Shown piece by piece: positions 61,181 to 64,000 of a DNA stretch of 64,000 nucleotides. A program made the translations under genes and the position numbers. How positions within the stretch are numbered: the stretch's first letter is position 1; each line of letters opens with the position of its first letter. This DNA comes from a bacterium (GTDB taxonomy: Bacteria; Electryoneota; Electryoneia; Electryoneales; Electryoneaceae): contig OY769902.1 of the NCBI GenBank assembly GCA_963669175.1, positions 3,808,001 to 3,872,000 of the forward strand, given 5' to 3'. Under the pieces are notes generated by a model. That model had not been told where the DNA came from and searched no databases. It worked only from the letters and a program-made list of their open reading frames with translations.

Positions 61181-61897
61181 GGTGGCCATATTCGCACGTG
61201 ATGATTTGACGTCCATAATGTTGATGGATACTGTGTTGAAGCAACAATTCACGACGCAACATGGAGTGAATAGGGACGGAGATTTGCCTGGGGGCCTGTT
61301 TGCAGCTTATGCATTATCCCGATGCTCTCATGAAGATTGGATGCGATAAAGGGTACAGTGGGAGTTTTTCTGCTGAAATGCGAGAAGAAGCTGTATCACT
61401 TGGGCATCAGGCCACCCGTCAATCAAATGAATATGTTATCCGTATCAATAACTACCGTCTATCCCTAGTTTTGTCCTCAATAACTACCGTCTGTCCCTAG
61501 TTTTGAAAATTCTCCGGTGATATCCCGCCTGCTGCTCTCCCCAGCTCTCCTCCATCACCTGTTGCCCAAGGCGGGTGGCCATATTCGCACGTGATGATTT
61601 GACGTCCATAATGTTGATGGATACTGTGTTGAAGCAACAATTCACGACGCAACATGGAGTGAATAGGGACGGAGATTTGCCTGGGGGCCTGTTTGCAGCT
61701 TATGCATTATCCCGATGCTCTCATGAAGATTGGATGCGATAAAGGGTACAGTGGGAGTTTTTCTGCTGAAATGCGAGAAGAAGCTGTATCACTTGGGCAT
61801 CAGGCCACCCGTCAATCAAATGAATATGTTATCCGTATCAATAACTACCGTCTATCCCTAGTTTTGTCCTCAATAACTACCGTCTGTCCCTAGTTTT
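61109..61897. repeat. 393-bp tandem duplication with internal 32-bp repeats
   Basis: Identical ORFs at 61300 and 61693; TCAATAACTACCGTCT(A/G)TCCCTAGTTTT five times in 61446-61938. Confidence 0.95.
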
Positions 61898-61948
61898 ATG
61901 AGTTTTGTCCTCAATAACTACCGTCTGTCCCTAGTTTTATGATGCTAG

Positions 61949-62418
61949 CCCGAATATTTCACCAATGCAATTTCAAATTTGGTATTTGATGGAATGGCCA
62001 GTACAAGAACCACGGCAGTGGTTCTCTGTATTAGCCCACCGTCCAGCGCCGTCTGTTTGGCGCTCACGGTGGGAATAGGATGTACGCTACTTGCCAACCC
62101 CGGCAGCGGGTTGCCTGAATATTTCCACTGTATACTTTTGATAATTATCAGGTTACTCCTTCCGGAGTAAATATATGGTGCGCATTATCTCCCCGGGTAG
62201 CCGCCAAACTGACGGCGGCTGCCCGGGGCTAATACAGGTTGCCCCTGCCGGGGCGGTTGCCGATTCTCAGCCTATTTTGCCAGCGAAACAGGGAATAGAC
62301 ACGCAAAGGGATACCGGAGCAAACTGTCCCCTGAAAAATGCTGTATGAATCAGTTGTATTGTGTTGATATGAACTGTGTTAAGATGAATATCCATGTTCC
62401 GTTCATGAAATATTCGGG
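61949..62418. mobile_element. 470-bp MITE-like element with 13-bp TIRs flanked by CTAG
   Basis: CTAG|CCCGAATATTTCA ... TGAAATATTCGGG|CTAG; carries family D hairpins. Confidence 0.75.
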
Positions 62419-62445
62419 CTAGTTTTATATCCCTAGTTTTATATC

Positions 62446-62622
62446 GCACTCTCGCTGTCGTCAGGTCACAATGTGATGCCTGATGACGATCTATCATGCG
62501 AAATAGCAGCTGTGAAGTCGGATATGTGTCTGAAATTGCGGAGAAGAACAAGAAAAAGGCATCACGTCAAGACCTGACGAAACATGCTCGTCGATAATAT
62601 GCACAAATTCTTGTGAGCAGCC
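62446..62622 (-). mobile_element. Truncated inverted copy of the 28796-29128 MITE (left half)
   Basis: Reverse complement of 28796-28972 with scattered substitutions; one TIR retained. Confidence 0.88.
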
Positions 62623-62654
62623 GAAAGATCAAGGATATAGTTGGAATAAAGGAG

Positions 62655-62890
62655 ATGGAAAAAAGGGGACTGCCTCCTTTCCCTGGGGTAAAGCCGTGCT
62701 GCTGTGAGCATGGACCGGGAAAAGGTGGCTGTACCCTTTTTTGTGAACGCAGGCAGAAATTACACGGAAAAGGGTACAGTTTCCTTTTCCAGGAATACTT
62801 CGGAAATATTCTGCATAAGCGCGAGGAAAAGGATCCCGTCCCCTTTTCCCGGCAATTTCCATTATGACGGAATAAAATCGAGAACAGCAA
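62655..62890. repeat. Family A element copy
   Basis: Colinear with 1-199. Confidence 0.8.
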
Positions 62891-63029
62891 TATTTTATGG
62901 AATTGGCTTCATAATAGAGTCTATTGATCGTGCTCAAATTCCAGATAGTCAATTATTAATTTCTAATCCCTAATTACTAATTTTTCTTCATCCTGCCAAT
63001 CGTTTTTCATCATGTGTATCTTGTGAATC

Positions 63030-63062
63030 AAAAAAACGGGTGGCCGCTCGCACGACCACCCA
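63030..63062 (-). terminator. Terminator of T9SS cargo gene
   Basis: AAAAAAAACGGGTGG..CCACCC. Confidence 0.65.
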
Positions 63063-63110
63063 TCGGGGATGCTGTTCAGCTTCGACGAATTGAAGCGTGT
63101 AAGCAGCAAA

Positions 63111-64000
63111 CTATTTCACCAGGACCATCCGTTTCAGGTCTGTGAACGCTCCGGCTTCGATACGGTAGAAATACATACCACTGGCCAGGTTACGTGCATC
63201 GAAGGAAACCGTATGATACCCGGCTTCCAAGCGTCCGTTCGCCAGTTGCATCACTTCCTGCCCCATCACGTTATAAACCATGAGGTTGACATTCTGCGGA
63301 TCTACCAGGTCAAACCTGATCTGGGTAACCGGGTTGAACGGGTTGGGATAGTTCTGATGCAGAGCGTATGTCGTGGGCATGTCAGCCGTTTCGTCATCAA
63401 TATCATCAACGAATACCACAACCAGATCAACAATCGGCGGTGCACACCAGTAGGGACCGGTCAGTACAATTTCCGCCATCAGTTCATCACCTACCACGAA
63501 GCCCAACTCCTCCGCTTTACCACCTCGAACGTCAACGGTAACCGAGATATCTTGGACTTCTTCCGGTTCCAGTACCCCCTCAGAAGGCTCGAGGTAGAAC
63601 CAGGACATCGGCGCTACGGTACCTTCCCAGATATCGACCCAATCAGTTTCCCCCTGCATGACGGTTGTCACATCGTAACGCGCGCTGTGGTAACCACGTG
63701 TAATCTCCATACCACCAGCCGTACCGACGCCTTCTTCATACAACACCTGGTAGTTGGTGTTCCAGGTGAACTCGGAAGTGCTGAACCTGTGCAACACACC
63801 TCCTTCGCCAGTCTCGTCTGTTGCCAATGCCCACAGGCAATAGCCTTCCTGATCACTCGGGTTGTATGCAAGTCCCATGATGGGGCCGACTTCCGGGTCA
63901 ATCATCATGCCACTCTGGGCGCCGGTATCCAGATCGTACAGCACAAAGCCATCCTGACCATCCGAGGCATACAAATACCCGTCATCGTAATCGATTGCGA
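63111..64000 (-). CDS. T9SS C-terminal-domain protein, 3' part (runs off window)
   Basis: LHQNYPNPFNP..VYNVMGQEV..LASGMYFY..MVLVK. Confidence 0.88.
   Translation of the reverse strand, partial: AIDYDDGYLYASDGQDGFVLYDLDTGAQSGMMIDPEVGPIMGLAYNPSDQEGYCLWALATDETGEGGVLHRFSTSEFTWNTNYQVLYEEGVGTAGGMEITRGYHSARYDVTTVMQGETDWVDIWEGTVAPMSWFYLEPSEGVLEPEEVQDISVTVDVRGGKAEELGFVVGDELMAEIVLTGPYWCAPPIVDLVVVFVDDIDDETADMPTTYALHQNYPNPFNPVTQIRFDLVDPQNVNLMVYNVMGQEVMQLANGRLEAGYHTVSFDARNLASGMYFYRIEAGAFTDLKRMVLVK

Noticed and set aside
61300-61893. Duplicated 66-aa ORF as a real gene
   Set aside because: TTG start without a clear RBS; identity is explained by the 393-bp duplication.
62567-62973. Small ORFs resembling those at 20436-20900, 28841-29263 and 33141-33382
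   Set aside because: Similarity comes from non-coding repeat families read in several frames and on both strands.

Overview
Core chromosomal region of a moderately GC-rich bacterium, probably FCB superphylum (inferred from PNPFNP-type T9SS C-terminal domains, a gingipain-like C25 protein and the tmRNA tag ADDYGYALAA). Housekeeping genes include dnaK, folD, galT, a GH57 branching enzyme, nadC, pcrA/uvrD, mltG, trxB, rsmE, purC, thrS, an SDR-type threonine dehydrogenase, kbl, etfAB, an EF-G paralog, mltF and ssrA. No transposase, integrase, reverse transcriptase or cas gene is visible. The unusual content is intergenic. There are at least six families of REP-like hairpins, three MITE-like shells with different IS-type ends that each carry hairpin cargo, and short tandem arrays (18-49 bp units) that repeatedly start at a hairpin boundary. 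There are also two extra copies of the 3' end of a dehydrogenase gene that differ almost only by synonymous codons. All calls are by eye from the sequence and ORF track; no database searches were run.
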